IMG/VR virus record: IMGVR_UViG_3300032303_002091
Coordinates: 1 to 35,801 of that record
Source: a virus
Lineage: Duplodnaviria; Caudoviricetes
Length of the DNA: 35,801 nt
Strand: one strand, 5' to 3'
Part shown: positions 34,662 to 35,801 of the stretch, one piece after another
How positions within the stretch are numbered: the stretch's first letter is position 1
Layout of the letters: each line of letters starts with the position of its first letter
Notes under the pieces: model-generated
What the model was told of the DNA's origin: nothing
What the model saw: only the letters and a program-made list of their open reading frames with translations
Databases searched by the model: none
Translations under genes and position numbers: made by a program

Positions 34662-34667
34662 TATTTA
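34662..34667 (-). promoter_or_regulatory. TAAATA late-promoter-like motif
   Basis: CTAAATAATGTATTATTAAGGATATCTTACGATG upstream of the portal gene. Confidence 0.65.
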
Positions 34668-34686
34668 GCAGAATTTTTTGTTGGAT

Positions 34687-35226
34687 TCAACTATTGATGT
34701 AATCTTCTAACAACATGGTGGGCAAAGCGGCGTGTTGTTGTATATAGGCCAGTTGATGTGGTTTCAAGGGTGCGCCGTTGGTTAAGAAATTACCCCTAAC
34801 TGATTGATTACCCACTGTTTTGAATTTTGGGTTCTTGGTGTAGTCTGCTATGATTCTGCGGCCATGACCATTGTCCTGTTCATAATAGTTTAAGAATATA
34901 AAATCAACATCAGCAGGAGCACCATGGGCCACAGTGTTGACATTGGCAAGCCATTTGGTATCTACCAACATGTCGCAGGCAAAGCCTTGAGAAATGCCGC
35001 TAATTAACAAATGTTCCAAATTGGCTATGCTGTTGATTTTGCCTGTGTAAACAATGTCAAAATCATGTGTGTTGTCAATGTCATACAAACAGCGTCCTGT
35101 GACATGTGCAGTCAATTGACTCCATTCAATAATGTGTTTCATTCTATCATACCAAGAAACAATCTTTTCTTTAGTTGGTTTGCCCCACGGGCGATGTGTG
35201 CTTACCGGTCCTCTTCTATAATACAT
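34687..35226 (-). CDS. Putative Pol-beta-superfamily nucleotidyltransferase-like protein (179 aa)
   Basis: AHVTGRCLYDIDNTHDFDIVYTG resembles hG[GS]x9-13DhDh; later MLVD supplies a candidate third Asp; AGGAG SD. Confidence 0.5.
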   Translation of the reverse strand: MYYRRGPVSTHRPWGKPTKEKIVSWYDRMKHIIEWSQLTAHVTGRCLYDIDNTHDFDIVYTGKINSIANLEHLLISGISQGFACDMLVDTKWLANVNTVAHGAPADVDFIFLNYYEQDNGHGRRIIADYTKNPKFKTVGNQSVRGNFLTNGAPLKPHQLAYIQQHAALPTMLLEDYINS

Positions 35227-35234
35227 ACGTGCTC

Positions 35235-35801
35235 CTATTCTGCGCTAAAGGTCCGCTTCCAAGCAGGCCTGTTTGTGTCATCTCGCTTGACATATCTATC
35301 TCTCTGCGCCAACATTCTCTGTGCTGGTGTTTTGTTGTCCCATGGTTCAGCCAGACTGTTTAGGCAGCCCAATAATGCATAACGTGCTGAGTCAATTGTG
35401 TCATCTGGATCACTAAAGCGGCCTTTTTCATCTACGAAATAGTTTCTTGCGTCTTGTAAAAATTCAGCACAGTTTTCGTTGATCATTAATGATCCCACTT
35501 CCATCATTTGTCGCATTTGATTTATACCATATGCTTTGTGATTGGTCACACGCCCTTGACTGTCTGGCGGATTCATAATGGGCTTTTCCAACACATTCAA
35601 TTCGTAACTGTCAAACAATTCTCTTATGCTGTTGGCACTCATGGTGTATCTGCCAGGAGTACTTGCATCAGCAGGTAGCACAATAGGACAACCAAACACT
35701 TCAGGACGAAGTAAATGATTGATATACTGAGTGGGCACAGCTTCTTCAATGCCCTGCACAATAATTTGTCTATGTAAGTAAGCAGTCTTTTCATATAGAT
35801 C
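35235..35801 (-). CDS. terL: Terminase large subunit, C-terminal nuclease part
   Basis: Open from the window edge (DLYEKTAYLHRQII...); IVLPADA and DPDDTIDSARYA (terminase C-terminal DD..DA.RY motif). Confidence 0.93.
   Translation of the reverse strand, partial: DLYEKTAYLHRQIIVQGIEEAVPTQYINHLLRPEVFGCPIVLPADASTPGRYTMSANSIRELFDSYELNVLEKPIMNPPDSQGRVTNHKAYGINQMRQMMEVGSLMINENCAEFLQDARNYFVDEKGRFSDPDDTIDSARYALLGCLNSLAEPWDNKTPAQRMLAQRDRYVKRDDTNRPAWKRTFSAE

Noticed and set aside
2447-34667. TAAATA as an archaeal TATA box
   Set aside because: It lies 5-6 nt from leaderless starts rather than about 25 nt upstream, and sigma70 promoters plus a transglycosylase domain indicate a bacterial host.
1-35801. 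Alternative genetic code, tRNA genes or prophage integration
   Set aside because: The standard code gives dense full-length genes with all three stop codons used. I noticed no tRNA cloverleaf, integrase, att site or flanking host genes.

Overview
The window looks like an almost complete, circularly permuted ~35.8 kb genome of a short-tailed (podovirus-type) dsDNA bacteriophage. Nearly all genes lie on the minus strand. The P22-like large terminase is split across the two window ends. It is followed by a putative nucleotidyltransferase, portal, scaffold, an SU10/DUF5309-type major capsid protein, adaptor, two long fibre proteins, a holin-like gene, a short sigma70-driven early module (DUF4258-like protein, NUMOD-like DNA-binding protein, AAA+ ATPase), nozzle, a large Pro/Thr-rich protein, ejection proteins (one with a lytic transglycosylase domain), Dps, a GNAT-like protein, a probable small terminase and several low-complexity proteins. 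I recognise no DNA polymerase, primase, helicase, integrase, repressor, sigma factor or endolysin. Most non-overlapping late-gene junctions carry a TAAATA/TAAGTA motif at a -10-like position, resembling the T4 gp55 late promoter. Several genes also resemble those of large T4-like phages. My main hypothesis (an inference) is a fully virion-encoding satellite phage that borrows late transcription and replication from a large T4-like helper. It also appears to encode a late, structured ~120-nt sRNA with anti-Shine-Dalgarno motifs. All family assignments come from motif recognition by eye, not from database searches.
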